From positions 8,060,001 to 8,124,000 of the forward strand of contig NC_043006.1 in the NCBI RefSeq assembly GCF_006345805.1: DNA of 64,000 bases, read 5' to 3'. Below the pieces are notes generated by a model that made no database searches, was not told the DNA's origin, and saw only the letters and a list, made by a program, of their open reading frames with translations. This document shows, piece by piece, positions 1 through 12,827 of this stretch. The translations under genes were made by a program, and so were the position numbers. How positions within the stretch are numbered: the first letter of the stretch is position 1; each line of letters opens with the position of its first letter. This DNA comes from Octopus sinensis. Its lineage: Eukaryota.

Positions 1-59
1 TGAACCCGGAACCATGTGGTTGGTGATCAAGCTACTTACCACACTGCCACTCTTGCGCC
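1..59 (-). mobile_element. 5' head of tRNA-derived SINE (family D, CORE-like), cut by window edge
   Basis: Reverse complement matches the head of the copy at 10373 (ggcgcaggagtggctgt..gtaagtagcttg..accaaccacatggttccgggttca). Confidence 0.8.
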
Positions 60-451
60 TACTGTACATATTCACTCTACATGTCTACTATATACACCCA
101 CTGTATACATTTAAAGAATTACCGTTATCTCCATCTACACCAGCGTATTTTTGTTGTTGGCTTCTCTGTGTTCTCTGCAGAATATATGCCACTTACTCTT
201 TTACTCAACCATTATTACTAACATTAAATAAAATTTTCTCAATATCATTTGATTTTTGCAACATGGAACACGATGCTGTTTCTTCTAAACCATTCAGGCT
301 ATAAAAGATATATTTCAATTGCTGATAATCCATATCTAGGTTCTTGTGCAACAAGAATGAAATCTTATATAAAATCAAAAATGTTATTTCAGCTAATATT
401 TGAATATGTTGAATATACAGATATAGTTACATATAGCTGTATGCCTGTATG

Positions 452-488
<37 letters not shown>

Positions 489-1440
489 GGAGAGAGAGAG
501 AGATAGACAGTTATAAAATGCATAGATATATATATATGTGCATATGCACTGACATTTATATAGAGGCACACACACTTATACATGTGTGTGTATGTATTTA
601 ATGATGTATATATATCAATATATTGATATACATATGTATAAACATTTATATACAAAATTACATACTTATATATATATATATATATATATATACAGAGAGA
701 GAGAGAGAGAGAGAAATATTCACTTATGCACACACATACATACACAAGCATATACATATATATATTATAGAGAAAGAGAGTGGAGAGAGAATATTGAGAA
801 AAAGCAGTTTAACAATAACTGATGAGTGAGACTCTCTCGCTGCCATTGTGGCTATTTAGCTCTTCGTATTTCAATTGTCACTGAATATTCACTTGAAAAT
901 TTAATTGCTATGAACATATATTTTTAACTTCTGCATATTTTTTCTCTGATATAATACTTATCTTCTCAGGTGATGAATAACATGGAAACTTCTGGAGACT
1001 TGTTTTATGGAAATCGGGCAGAAATATATACAGACAATATACCCGACAGGTTGATGCTAACAACAGACGTTTACCTAGTCGTTTGTAGAGTAACATGCCT
1101 TCGTAAATAAAATGAGTCTGCAAAATTCCCTTCACCTGAGAGTATGGATTTTATTATATTAAAATGAGAGGTGAATAGATACGAGTATTAGCCATGTCAC
1201 CTGATAAACCAGATACAGAAATCAAATAATTACAAATTACACGGAAAAGTCCTGAAAATAGAAAGGACATTATGCACTCACATATAGGAAAAAGGAAAAT
1301 TGCCATAAACAGAATGACTTCTATCAGTCAGAGCTTGCCAAGTGCTAAACAATAACAACCCAACCAAGTAAGCGTCTGTGCACGTGTGTGTATGAATATA
1401 AATATGAGGAGGGATTATTAGCTGTCATTACATATCCCTG

Positions 1441-1690
1441 TAGAGGCGCGTGGCTTAGTGGTTAGGGTGTCAACATCATGATCATAAGATTGTGGTTTCG
1501 ATTCCTAGACCGGGCGACGCGTTGTGTTCTTAAGCAAAACACTTCATTTCACGTTGCTCCAGTCCACTCAGCTGGCAACAATGAGTAACGCTGCGATGGA
1601 CTGGTGTCCCGTCCAGCTGGGAAACACATACCCCATTGAAACCGGGAAACCGGGCCCAGGGGCCTGGCTACGCTTTAAATGGGCACAAAG
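1441..1690 (+). mobile_element. tRNA-derived SINE, family A
   Basis: A-box-like tggcttagtggtta, B-box-like ggtttcgattcc; body gttgctccagtccactcagctgg shared with copies at 13388, 26548, 27639 and 31899. Confidence 0.85.
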
Positions 1691-1732
1691 AAAGATAATT
1701 ACATATTACTAGCTGTCATTATACACGTAAAT

Positions 1733-1905
1733 GAAGGCACACGGCTTAGTAGTTAGCACTCATGATTGCAAGATCGTGGTTTCGACTCCTGACCAGTCGA
1801 TGTGTTGTGTTTTTGAGCAAAATACTTCACTTCACATTGCTCCAGTTCACTCTGCTGACAAAAATGACTAATCCTGGGACGGACAGGCGTCCCGTCTAGG
1901 TGTGT
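1733..1905 (+). mobile_element. SINE family A, older diverged copy
   Basis: Same head and body, more diverged. Like the 1441 copy it is preceded by tagctgtcatta (1419-1430 and 1710-1721), suggesting an old local duplication. Confidence 0.7.
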
Positions 1906-1921
1906 GCTGGGTGGGGGTATA

Positions 1922-1967
<46 letters not shown>

Positions 1968-3055
1968 TAGAGAATCCGGAAAAACCGGCCTTATGAGCCT
2001 GTGACTCGAATAGGACCTTTGATCCTTTGATTATACATCTGCAAATGGAGAAAAGGGAAGTTGCAAGAATTGGATGAAGTAAGACAGTGTGAGAATTTCA
2101 TTGCTGCGCGCGGCGGTGGAAAATATTTGTTTTTTGTCCCTGTGTATACCGGTAGAGTTTGGGATTTGTTGTAATACACAGAAAGACGAGTGAAGAAATT
2201 GATTGGACAATTAAAATATCTAGCTACGTATTTGGAGCTTACTTCAGTGTTTTGCCAGTTATCACGAAAGCACCTGGGGAGGCAGTCACCCAGACAACGA
2301 TCAGTCTTGCTCGCATATAAAAAAATTATCTTTTGTACATTATTTCATTCAATATATGAAGTTGATGGAGATGCAGTTGACGTTGTCGATGATGCGGAAT
2401 TGAGCTTTTGGGCCAGTTATGAGCGTGCTGTTGGAGATGAAGAGACAAGTCTTACATAGAGAAAAGAAGCACTTAAAGAAACCGAGCTACATTGGGTTAA
2501 GTATACCGAGTCACGTCCTTAAATGTATGCTCAATCGGTTAAGAAAATTCGTTTTTAAAGGAAAATAGATTGTAATTCTAGCATTCTCTGATTTTCCATA
2601 ACAAAAAAAAAATCAGAGTAAATTGTAAGTATTTTTATGCTTCGATTTTTCACAATTCTTTATTAAAGATATGGATAACATCCAAGTTTGGAGTGATGTA
2701 TGTGTTTGTCTGTATGAGTTTGGGAACGATGTTGGAGAGAATGGTTGAAGAATGCTTAGGTGCTAACGAGAGGAGAAAAGGTGAGTGCATCAAGTGGTTT
2801 TTGATTAGATCTGTATTGATTTGGCAAGTTCAAAGGATCAGAAACTATTTATGTAGTAGATAAGGTGTGAGCTAATTTTAATTGCGTTTCATTCATAAGC
2901 GCAGTGAATGAATTATTGTGTGCTTCCGTTGTTAAAACGTGTAACGTTAGCAATTGGATGTTGTTGAATAAAACTCTATTTCCAATGTGTATTTCAAATT
3001 GCCTTCGAGGTATTCATTCACAAATAGCATCCACTCCTGGTGTATGTGTGCGTAA

Positions 3056-3086
<31 letters not shown>

Positions 3087-6000
3087 CGTAATGTGTGTGC
3101 ATGTTAATGTTGCCAAGGTGTAGGCCTGTGTGAGGGAGAATTGTATGAGAGTATCATCTAAACTGTGCGTGTGCGTTTGTGTATATGTGTGCTTGTGTGA
3201 CTGGTCATAAATATAGAGAATAGAAAGTGTAGGGAAAGGAGCCTACCTTTCAGGTATACTCGAGCTGCTAGAGTGATAGTCGAAGAAGAAAGTTCCGGCT
3301 GTACATACTGTGATGGATAAACCTGATAATGAACTTTCATATCTACTTCATTCGTGATAACGTAAATAATGTAAATAGCTTTTCCGCGAATTACTTCAAC
3401 ATACGTGATATCAAGGGCAATAACTTTGCTCTCACGTCAATTTTAAAGAGACAAGAAATCATGAGCTGCTATCACCATTAAACGCTGCTCTTCAAAAACG
3501 GTAACGGTAGCAAATAAAAAGGAAATGACAATGAAGATGTGCAGGAAGAGATCATTAATCATTAGAGTTATGATGAGCACCGTAGGAAATATATAAGCGT
3601 CAACAGATTACGGTACGGTTTCGATTCTCATTAAAATATGCTATTGTTTTTTTTCTTTTTCTTTAATGCCTTACTTAGTAAATGCATAAAGTTCACAACT
3701 TCCTTTTCGTGTTTTCCTCGCTCCGAATACGTGACCTTGGTTTTTGTTCAGAGAAAACGATATTGATATTAAATTCGCTGCTTTCGAATAGAATCAATAA
3801 AACAAAAGAAATCTATTGTTCGATCGTTAACTACAACTATCTAGAATACTCTTGTGATTTTATTGTCATTTTGAATTAGTCTCTGACATCGGGGATTGCC
3901 TAATAAATGTCAAACTTTTAACTGTCACTTCTCCTTCAAACACTTTATTTATTCCTGTCTTCATTTTATTTTTCATAACTTCCTACGATTTATGGGGAAA
4001 AAATTCATATTAATTGGAAATGTGTCAGAATCAGAAGCAGAAAGACTACTTTCATTATTTATATTTGTTTTGTCTTTCATTTACTTAAACCTTGCTTTTT
4101 CCAGCTTTTTTGGATTTTTTCTTTTTCATTTTCATCTCCCATTTACATTCTCTTTCATCGATTATGAAACCATTCCACAGAATATTCTATGTCTTGGTGA
4201 ATTATACGAGCACAAATAACATGATTTGCAAATCAAGAACAATTCTATTACTAATACTCCATAACATGAAACGAATTATGAAGTAAAGTTGAGTTCTGTT
4301 AGTTGAAAGTAAAGCTGAGTTCTGTTAATTCATCATTCAAATTTACTTCAAAGAATTTTCACGATTTGAAATGTTTTTTGTAGATTTATTTTATTAAAAA
4401 TATTCTATAAACGTTTCAGTTTTTTTAACTTGCTATAAAAGGGACACATACAAGAAAATTACTTCCCGTATATTTCTTTTGAGTAAAATTTTGGAAAAAA
4501 ATATATTTCCCGTAACGTTTGTAATGAGAAGCATTTATCGGTTCCCTTGGACATTTATTTCCTTAAAGTTATATAATTCTATTTTTAGAGATTGATATCT
4601 CATCGATGCTATTTTGCACTGACTTGAAAAATATCTAAAGTTAGATAAGAATTTACCTCCCAGATCGTTTTGTAAATAATATCAGAAATAAAACAACATT
4701 TTTTCTAACACTATACGCAGAAATCTCTCTAACAAGCATTTCATATCCTTATAACACCGGCAGTATTGAATGCATAGCTAAGAAGGAATAAATCCTGTAG
4801 CGGATCTGGTTTTGTCATATAATCCAAAATCAAAATGAATATTTTGTTATGAAACACTTGTGATATCAACTTCAAAAAGGAAAGAGGAAATTATACCATC
4901 GGAGAAAAGAGATTTTAAATCTTTTATGGTTTAAAAATTTTTTAAATGGTTTTAAAATACCTTTTACCAATGAAATAAAAGAAGTCGACGTGGGATAAAG
5001 CAGATGAGCCAAGTGAAAACAATATAAGTAAACAAAGTATAACTGAATAAATTAAACTATTTAAATATTGAATATAAATAGATTCCTGTAACCTCTACCA
5101 AGGAACAGTATGTTACCGTAAGGAACACATATATTTTAACTGGACACAATATAGTCGCGAAAAGAACTCCAAATGCGTTCGAGGCTAAATTTGCCTCTCT
5201 CCCTTCCGGACTCGATAAAATAAAAAAACAGTCCTGTATCGGGTTTGATTTCACCGACTGTATTCCTCCAACAAATCGTGACCTTGTGTCTCTATGTTAG
5301 AATAATTAAGTAAAACTTTACAAATGTACACTTCAAAGATATTTTTGTTGGATGCTATGATTTAAATGTAAGGATCAGGAGATGCTGAAAGATTGTATGA
5401 AAAGTGGATGGTTAATATCTCGTCTCTTGATATTTTCTAGAAGGAAAAAATATTCTCTTTTCTTCAGTCCACTGGACTCTAAGTAGGTACCATGGATAGA
5501 CAGAGCTGAGCTTAGTTCTGAAAAACTACAAGATTAATGAACGGTTTATCTTAAAACAGAGTTCGAATATTCTCTTCGGTTTGGAGTCGACAATGGAAAC
5601 CGCCGAAGCACATTCTCTCCAAAAATATCATTAAGAAATCTATCACTTTAAGGTGTGAAGTTAGAGAAAACAACATCTATAACAACAATAAAAACAAACA
5701 CAACTACTATTACAGAATGTCACTATTTCTCTATCTTTCCGATAGCAATTTCCATTTACCATCTAAATATTAATCCCATTTGATGTACATTGAATCAAAC
5801 AAAACAGTAAATCTAGCTTAATATCCTGGGGTCACTAGGTGCAAGTGAGAATTCGATCAAATATTACAATACGTTCTTCATCAGTAAATGCAAGCAATAT
5901 TGGATTCAAAACTACTCCAGCACTGACACCATACAGCTTTCTGTTTTTTATAGAACACGGAACGGTTGGTCTTTTCTGATTCATTTTTAACTGTAACGCT

Positions 6001-6352
6001 CTCTCTCCGTCTCACTTTCTTTCCTTCGCACCTTCCCTCTCTCTTCTACCCTCTTTTTTCATCTCCTTCCTCTCCCCCCTCTCTCTCTCTCTCACCGAGG
6101 AATGTTTTTTTTTCATACCTGTTTTCCGTATTACATCTATTCTTTTTTCTATTCTTTCTGTAAGGTGATGCAACTAGGTTCCATCACAACCAATATTAGA
6201 TAGAAAGTCGTTTCTCATAATCTTTTTGTTTAGTTTCTTTCTTGCTAATACTGTTAGTAACTTTACGCTACATTTTTCCTTTCATAGTTTCAGGCACCAA
6301 AAAAAAAAAATAGATTCTTCATTCCAATATTTATCGCTTACTCAGATTCGAT

Positions 6353-6354
<2 letters not shown>

Positions 6355-6386
<32 letters not shown>

Positions 6387-6524
6387 TAAGATAATAATAA
6401 TAATAATGATAAAATAATAATAATAATAATGATATAATAATAATAATAATGATAAAATAATAATAATAATAATAATGATAAAATAATAATAATAATAATG
6501 ATAAAATAATAATAATAATGATAA

Positions 6525-6560
<36 letters not shown>
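6355..6560 (+). repeat. (AAT)n microsatellite with higher-order gataaaataat units
   Basis: Direct reading. Confidence 0.95.
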
Positions 6561-6561
<1 letters not shown>

Positions 6562-6944
6562 TGTTTACATCATTTCACCTGAAACGTGTTTGTTGGTGTC
6601 AGGGGCTTTCGAATGTGTGTTGTTGCGTGTTGGTCTATTGTTTATGTTTGTCGGTGAATTTGGGCGTGCAATGTTTTAGAGTTGTTTGATCGTTAGTGAT
6701 TTTCTGAGAGTAGCATAGTTCTGTGGAATGGCAGACATTTACCAATTTACTATATTATTAGAGTCACTTATAACAGTTTCTTAGAAAACCTTTTTTTAAC
6801 TTTATTTTCTGAATGGTTAGAGAAAGTTGCGGTATTTTACTTTTCCAAAGAGTAATTATCAGTGTTAAAGTAAAATGTATCGACTGGGAATTAAAATCAG
6901 ATCATAGATTCATACTGATTTCAAATTTTTGTACTCACAACGTA

Positions 6945-7110
6945 ACGTTGTGAGTTCAAATTCCGCCGAGGTCGACTTTGCCTTTCATTCTTTCGGGGTC
7001 GATAAATTAAGTACCAGTTACGCACTGGGGTCGATGTAATCGACTTAATCCCTTTGTTTGTCCTTGTTTGTCCTATCTATGTTTAGCTCCTTGTGGGCAA
7101 TAAAGAAATA
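6945..7110 (+). mobile_element. SINE family C, 5'-truncated
   Basis: gagttcaaattccgccgaggtcgactttgcctttcat..ggggtcgataaattaagtaccag body through the aaagaaata tail. Confidence 0.85.
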
Positions 7111-7791
7111 TATACAGTTTTATATCTCAACAGGCGAGGTATAATTTGGATGCCCATCCAACCATACAGCTTGACATCTAACATTTCTTTTCATTGTCAT
7201 TCCAAACCACATTCGATTTTATGACAATATTTATTTTGTTTATCACTGCACATAGCAAATGTAAGCTGCACAAAAGAAATTTCTTCTACAAGGGTTGTTT
7301 TTGTATATTTTATGTTGTAAAAGCAGACGAAAAATATGAAGTTATAGAAATCTTATCTTTAAAAGAATTGTCTGGATGTTTTACATCTCTTGACAGAAGA
7401 AGAATGAATATAGTTTCAATGAATGTAGCAAACGAGCAAACGGTCTTTGCTATGGCGCTAGTTACGTCTGTGGAGAATGTAAAAAGAAAAATACTAACAG
7501 AAATATCAACAGCTGTAAAATACGTGCTTTTGACACCCAAAATAATTTTTTTTCTATTTACACAAACCACCTACAACTGCATAGCTATTTAATTTTCATT
7601 GTTATGTTTTTCTTCTCCTCTCGAAAGCAATCTTATAACTTGTTTATAGAGTGGGTGAATTAAAACTCTTTTGCTGGATAACGCTATGTTGACAAAAAGA
7701 ATGAAGGTGATCGGTGTGGTGTATGTGTGTGTATTATATGTATATATATATATATATAATAATAATAGTAATAATAATAATAATAATAATA

Positions 7792-7822
<31 letters not shown>

Positions 7823-8055
7823 TATTACTATTATTATTATTATTTCTAAGTCTCTCTAAAGGAGACTACGACAGCGGTACTGCATATTAATAGTTATCGC
7901 GAAGCTAATATGGCATTCCATAAATATAGGATGAAAGCTGCCGTTGATTAGCTCCAAGAGGCCATCGCATCTAGCTAGCTATGTGACACACGAACCTGTG
8001 TCCATTATAACCTTCAAACAGGGGAGATCAGCCGCTTCCCCTTGCTGGTCAGGCA

Positions 8056-8098
8056 TCTGCAGACTAGTTTCAGTGTATTTGCCCTTCATCAATGCAGA
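8056..8098 (-). ncRNA. Type I hammerhead ribozyme motif, U3.G8 core
   Basis: TCTGCA-TTGATGA-AGGG caaata CACT-GAAA-CTAG-TC-TGCAGA: 6-bp stem I, palindromic stem III, GUC triplet, one stem II mismatch. Confidence 0.7.
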
Positions 8099-8291
8099 GC
8101 AGCCGACCCCAGCAGGCGCTGCTGCTGACCGTCTGTGTTTGAAGGATTATACCGCTGCCGTAGTCTCCTTCAGAGAGACTTAGGAATAATAATATTTCTA
8201 TTGTTGGAAACCAGTGGATGTATTCCACTGAATTTAGGTAAATAATCCTTCGAACAGACGGTCAGTAGCGATGCCTGCTGGGTTCGGCTGC

Positions 8292-8334
8292 TCTGCATTG
8301 ATAAAGGGCAAATACCCGGAAACTAGTCTGCAGA
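8292..8334 (+). ncRNA. Type I hammerhead ribozyme motif, U3-A8 core
   Basis: TCTGCA-TTGATAA-AGGG caaata CCCG-GAAA-CTAG-TC-TGCAGA. Confidence 0.7.
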
Positions 8335-8649
8335 TGCCTGACCAGCAAGGGGAAGCAGGTGACCTCCGCTGTTTGAAGGCTATAATGGACACAGATTCGT
8401 GTGTCACAAATTTGGAAGTATGATGCATCTAATTAAAGGGTCACCCAGTGTACATAAGAAACATATAAACCAACGAAGGAAGAGGTATATCGAAGATCAA
8501 GAAGAAATTCCCATGGAAGAATTCTGTTAAATAGTAGATGTAGTGTACCAAATTAATAGAGTCCCGTAGAACCAGCATGTGAAAAAGAAAGCAGTCTCAA
8601 CACCTTCAGATAATGCCCAAGTGAAAGAGATACTAACATATATATATAT

Positions 8650-8965
8650 AGCGCCGCCCCGACTGGCTCCTGTGCCGGTGGCACATAAAAAGCACCATCC
8701 GAACGTGGCCGTTGCCAGCGCCGCCTTGGCTGGCTTCCGTGCCGGTGGTACTTTAAAACCTCCAACCGATCGTGACCTATGTGCAGGTGGCACGTAAAAA
8801 GCACCCACTACACTCGTGGAGTAGTTGGCGTTAGGAAGGGCATCCAGCTGTAGAAACTCTGCCAGATCAGACTGGAGCCTGGTGCAGCCCCTGGCTTCCC
8901 AGATCCCGGGCGAACCGTCCAACTCGTGCTAGCGCGGAAAACGGACGTTAAACGATGATGATGAT
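8650..8965 (+). mobile_element. RTE-related SINE/LINE-derived repeat with tandem ggcacRtaaaaagcacc subrepeats and (GAT)n tail
   Basis: gttggcgttaggaagggcatccagctgtagaaa motif resembles RTE-type UTRs (recollection); ends cggacgttaaacgatgatgatgat. Confidence 0.6.
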
Positions 8966-9090
8966 ATATATATATATATAATATATATATATATAAATTT
9001 CTTTATATATATATATATATATAATATATATATATATACATATATATATAATATATATATATAATATATATATATATATATGTGTGTGTG

Positions 9091-9405
9091 TGGAGGCGCA
9101 ATGGCCTAGTGGTTAGGCTAGCGGACTCGCGGTCGTAGGATCGCGGTTTCGATTCCCAGACCGGGCGTTGTGAGTGTTTCTGGAGCGAAAAACACCTAAA
9201 AGCTCCACGAGGCTCCGGCAGGGGAAGGAGGTGATACCTGCTGTACTCTTTCACGACTCTTTCTCTCTCTCTCATTCTTCTGTTGGCCTGCTCGCTTAGC
9301 CAGCGGAGTGGGCGTCATTCGAAGGCTAAACAAACAATGCGAACGCATTGTGACCAGCGATGTGTAACAGCAACTGATGGTCTGGTCGGTACGTGATCAC
9401 GTGAT
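9091..9405 (+). mobile_element. tRNA-derived SINE, family B
   Basis: ggaggcgcaatggcctagtggttagg..ggtttcgattcccagaccggg; head and body shared with the 49973 copy. Confidence 0.85.
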
Positions 9406-9424
9406 ATATATATATATATATATA

Positions 9425-9458
<34 letters not shown>

Positions 9459-10324
9459 CTTTATATATATAAATTTCTTTCGTGTGTTCGTGGGTTCAAA
9501 GTTTACAGTTCGAGTTAGCGTGTTGGATTGTTGGCTCTTAAAACATTGTTGTTATGTTCCGTGTGGTTCCTGTCGTTTACTTCGATCATATTGTTATTAC
9601 ACTGTTGCACAAGGATATAACATATATCTAAACATTCTAGTATTGATACTAGTAATGCATTTCGTAGACAGACCAAATAGTACTCTAACATATTTCTTTT
9701 TCCCTTCGAGGGCCTATATGAGGTCTACGGATGATGTGCGTTGCCTCTTGCAGCAATTGGTAGATTTCATAGTATGATGTTTCCAGCGATTCTTGAAGTT
9801 GTCAGTAGTTGCACCTATATATGTATATGGATGGACGTGCACTTTTACAGTACATTTATATTACAATGTCTACGTAAACATTCATTCCCTATAGGACATG
9901 CATTCCTATCTCTGCTATTACATTTTTTAAATTATTATTTGCAACCAGGTTCCAATTGCAGTATTTATTTTTCTATTTTCTTATTGTGATATTATCGTTG
10001 TTATTACTATTTTAATTTTCATTATTCTCATTTATGTTTTTCTCAATGTTATTATTAGTAGTAGTATTTTCCAGGTTCCTGACGTTACTCCTATTACTTA
10101 TGCTCATATTACTTATTCATAATTCGCCCTTTGTCCAAGCATTATTGTCATCCCGACTCCCTGAGCCTACGCTATTCCGGGCGATATTTTCAGAGTTTAC
10201 GCTTACCATATTCAGTTTTCTGTTATTTAGTTTATGAATATGGCATTCAAGGTTATATGTTGGCATGTCACATATGATAATTTCGCCATATGCCTGTTAA
10301 ATACACACATATATATATATATAT

Positions 10325-10372
<48 letters not shown>

Positions 10373-10373
<1 letters not shown>

Positions 10374-10533
10374 GCGCAGGAGTGGCTGTCTGGTAATTAG
10401 CTTGCTTACAAACCACATGGTCCAGGGTTCAGTCCCACTGCGTGGCACCTTGGTGAAGTGTCTTCTACTATAGCCTCGACCGACCAAAACCTTATGAGTG
10501 GATTTGGTAGAAGGAAACTGAAAGAACTTCGTC
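10373..10533 (+). mobile_element. SINE family D (CORE-like ggcaccttgg..aagtgtcttctactatagcc)
   Basis: tRNA-like head plus CORE-like segment; copies at 1, 25140 and 46151. Confidence 0.85.
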
Positions 10534-10584
10534 TTATATATATATGTGTGTGTGAGTGTTTGTGTGTGCGTGTACGTGTGAGTG

Positions 10585-10800
10585 TGTGTTAGTGTGTATG
10601 TGTTTGTCCCCCACACCGTCGCTTAAAAACCGATGTTGGTGTGTTTACGTCCCCGTAACTAGCAGTTCGGCAAAAAGACACCAATAGAATAAGCACTATG
10701 CTTACAAAGAATAAATCCTGGGATCGATTTGTTCTATTAGGGGCGATACTCCAGCATAGCCGCAGTCAAATTACTGAAACAAATAAAAGAATAAAAGAAT
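10585..10800 (+). mobile_element. SINE 3' module, family E (ccgcagtcaaatgactgaaacaa tail)
   Basis: Homologous to 11955-12190, 45210-45400 and 48600-48800. Confidence 0.8.
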
Positions 10801-10802
10801 AT

Positions 10803-10912
<110 letters not shown>

Positions 10913-11144
10913 AAAGTCTCTTCTATTTATTCCCTCGCTTTCAGCGAGTGTCTATGTGATAGATATAGTACTTAAGAATTATTTGGCGTCTTTTTCTAGC
11001 ATGTTGCATTACTTGGTTGTTGCCCTTATTACAATTTTATATCACATTTATAGAATTATATACTTTGTTTTAATTTTTATTTTAATTGGTTTTACTTGCT
11101 ATCTACTTGATAAAACCTATATGGATGTTATCCCTGATTTTAAT

Positions 11145-11178
<34 letters not shown>

Positions 11179-11200
11179 ATGTTATCCCTGATTTTAATTG

Positions 11201-11245
<45 letters not shown>

Positions 11246-11466
11246 CAATTAAAATCAGGGATAACATCCATATAGGTTTTTATCAAGTAGATAGCAAGTA
11301 AAAACCAATAACAAAGTATATAATTCTATAAATGTGATATAAAATTGTAATAAGGGCAACAACCAAGTAATGCAACATGCTAGAAAAAAACGCCAAATGA
11401 CTCTTAACTACTATATCTATCACGTAGACACTCGCTGAAAGCGAGGGAATAAACAATAAAGACTTT
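10913..11466. repeat. Inverted repeat (arms 10913-11150 and 11244-11466) centred on (TA)n
   Basis: Near-identical reverse-complement arms; the right arm has a short deletion; a third, diverged plus-orientation copy lies at about 11550-11690. Confidence 0.92.
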
Positions 11467-11479
11467 TTGAAAAAGTTTA

Positions 11480-11540
11480 GCCATATATCGATCAATTTCT
11501 GATTTAGTTATGTAATGCCACTTTACCATCATCAGTATGA
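11480..11540 (-). ncRNA. Degenerate type I hammerhead motif, inverted partner of 11871-11932
   Basis: TCATA-CTGATGA-TGGT aa agtggc attac ataact aa ATCA-GAAA-TTGATCGA-TA-TATGGC; stems II and III partly decayed. Confidence 0.6.
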
Positions 11541-11870
11541 TATGACCAAAGGTTGTTGCCCTTATTACAATTTTATAATTACATTTATAAAATTATATAC
11601 TTTGTATTAATTTTTACCTTAATTGGTTTTTACATGCTAGCTACTTGATAAAATTCTACATAGATTTTATCCTTGATTTTAATTAATAAATAAAAATTCA
11701 CTTAAACCAAAATTATTCACTGCTGAATTATTTTGGTTATTCACAAGTGGCTGACATGAACAAACTAGAATTTTAAGTTGTATATAAGTTTGAACATTTG
11801 TATACGCACTGTGGATACGTTGTGTTCGTATGGTATGTATAAATGTTCGTAATTATGTACTCTTGGTTAT

Positions 11871-11932
11871 GTCATACTGATGATGGTAAAGTGATATTAT
11901 ATCACTAAACCAGAAATCAATTGATATATGGC
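11871..11932 (+). ncRNA. Type I hammerhead ribozyme, canonical core
   Basis: GTCATA-CTGATGA-TGGT aa AGTGAT attat ATCACT aa ACCA-GAAA-TCAATTGA-TA-TATGGC; AUA triplet, predicted cut after 11926. Confidence 0.85.
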
Positions 11933-11954
11933 TAAATTTTTAGCCATATATCAT

Positions 11955-12190
11955 GTATGTGTGTATGTTTGTCCCCCTAGCATTGCTTGACAACTGATGC
12001 TGGTGTGTTTAGGTCCCCGTCACTTAGAGTCTCGGCAAAAGAGACCGATAGAATAAGTGCTGGGCTTACAAAGAATAAGCCCCGGTGTCGATTTGCTTGA
12101 CTAAAGGCGGTGCTCCAGCATGGCCGCAGTAATATGACTGAAACAAGTAAAATAGTAAAACAAGTAAAAGAGTAAAAAAGAGTAAAGAGT
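11955..12190 (+). mobile_element. SINE 3' module, family E
   Basis: ggcaaaagagaccgatagaataag..ggcggtgctccagcatggccgcag. Confidence 0.8.
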
Positions 12191-12249
12191 ATATAAATAT
12201 AAATATATATAAGTACGCATGCATGTGTGTGTATATATATAAATATGTC

Positions 12250-12590
12250 AGGGCACTTTCGAGTGCTACTGGTAACATGTAACCCAGTACAACTTGTTGC
12301 ATGGTCGGGTCGTTGGCGACTAAACTGGCAACCTCACCAAGCTTGCTTGTGTTTATTGGACACCCTGCGGGATGAAAAACAAAACCCGTCAAAGGGCGGA
12401 GGAACTCTTGAGAGTCAACGGCCATCCAATAAAAATGTCTTAAGGCTGTATCAAGCGCGGAGACATAGAAATAATCGGACTGAATACCCGATCGCGCGGT
12501 TAAACCATTGGGAGTGAAGGACTTCTAGGCTTTGTTAGGGCATCCTTCTAGGAGAAGGTAACTCAGGTAACAGTGGTTACCGATGATGTT
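12250..12590 (+). mobile_element. Probable RTE-type retroelement UTR fragment
   Basis: GC-richer island with gttggcgactaaa, ggatgaaaaacaaaacccgtcaaagggc and tagggcatccttctaggagaagg motifs; family not firmly recognised. Confidence 0.35.
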
Positions 12591-12761
12591 GACTTGTTCT
12601 TCTTTTCGGATAATGGCTGCTGTTATTAGGTCAGTGACATTGACTCATTGCACAGCCTTTCCTCACTTAAAAAAAACTTCTTGCACAGGCATTGCACGAT
12701 AACAACAGTCATTAAGCTACGTGCAATGGCCATACTCGATAACGAGGGGGCAGCCACCATG

Positions 12762-12801
<40 letters not shown>

Positions 12802-12827
12802 GGGGGAAGAGAAAGATACACACATAG

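Larger units (their letters stand above)
7983..8407. repeat. Fold-back inverted repeat (arms 7983-8150 and 8242-8407) of an HHR-bearing PLE-like repeat
   Basis: Arms align as reverse complements. An extra inverted fragment at 7846-7879 matches 8150-8183. Confidence 0.9.

Noticed and set aside
815-845. CTGATGA-GTGAGA ctc TCTCGC looks like an HHR core plus stem II
   Set aside because: No GAAA, stem III or stem I partner follows.
1441-1520. tRNA genes at the SINE heads
   Set aside because: A/B-box-like motifs are present, but they run into SINE bodies and I could not fold a complete cloverleaf.
7194-7592. 132-aa ORF, and other short non-repetitive ORFs such as 3896-4219 and 59162-59434, as host exons
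   Set aside because: No recognisable domain, AT-rich F/I/L-biased composition and no convincing splice context. Small host exons cannot be excluded without RNA-seq.
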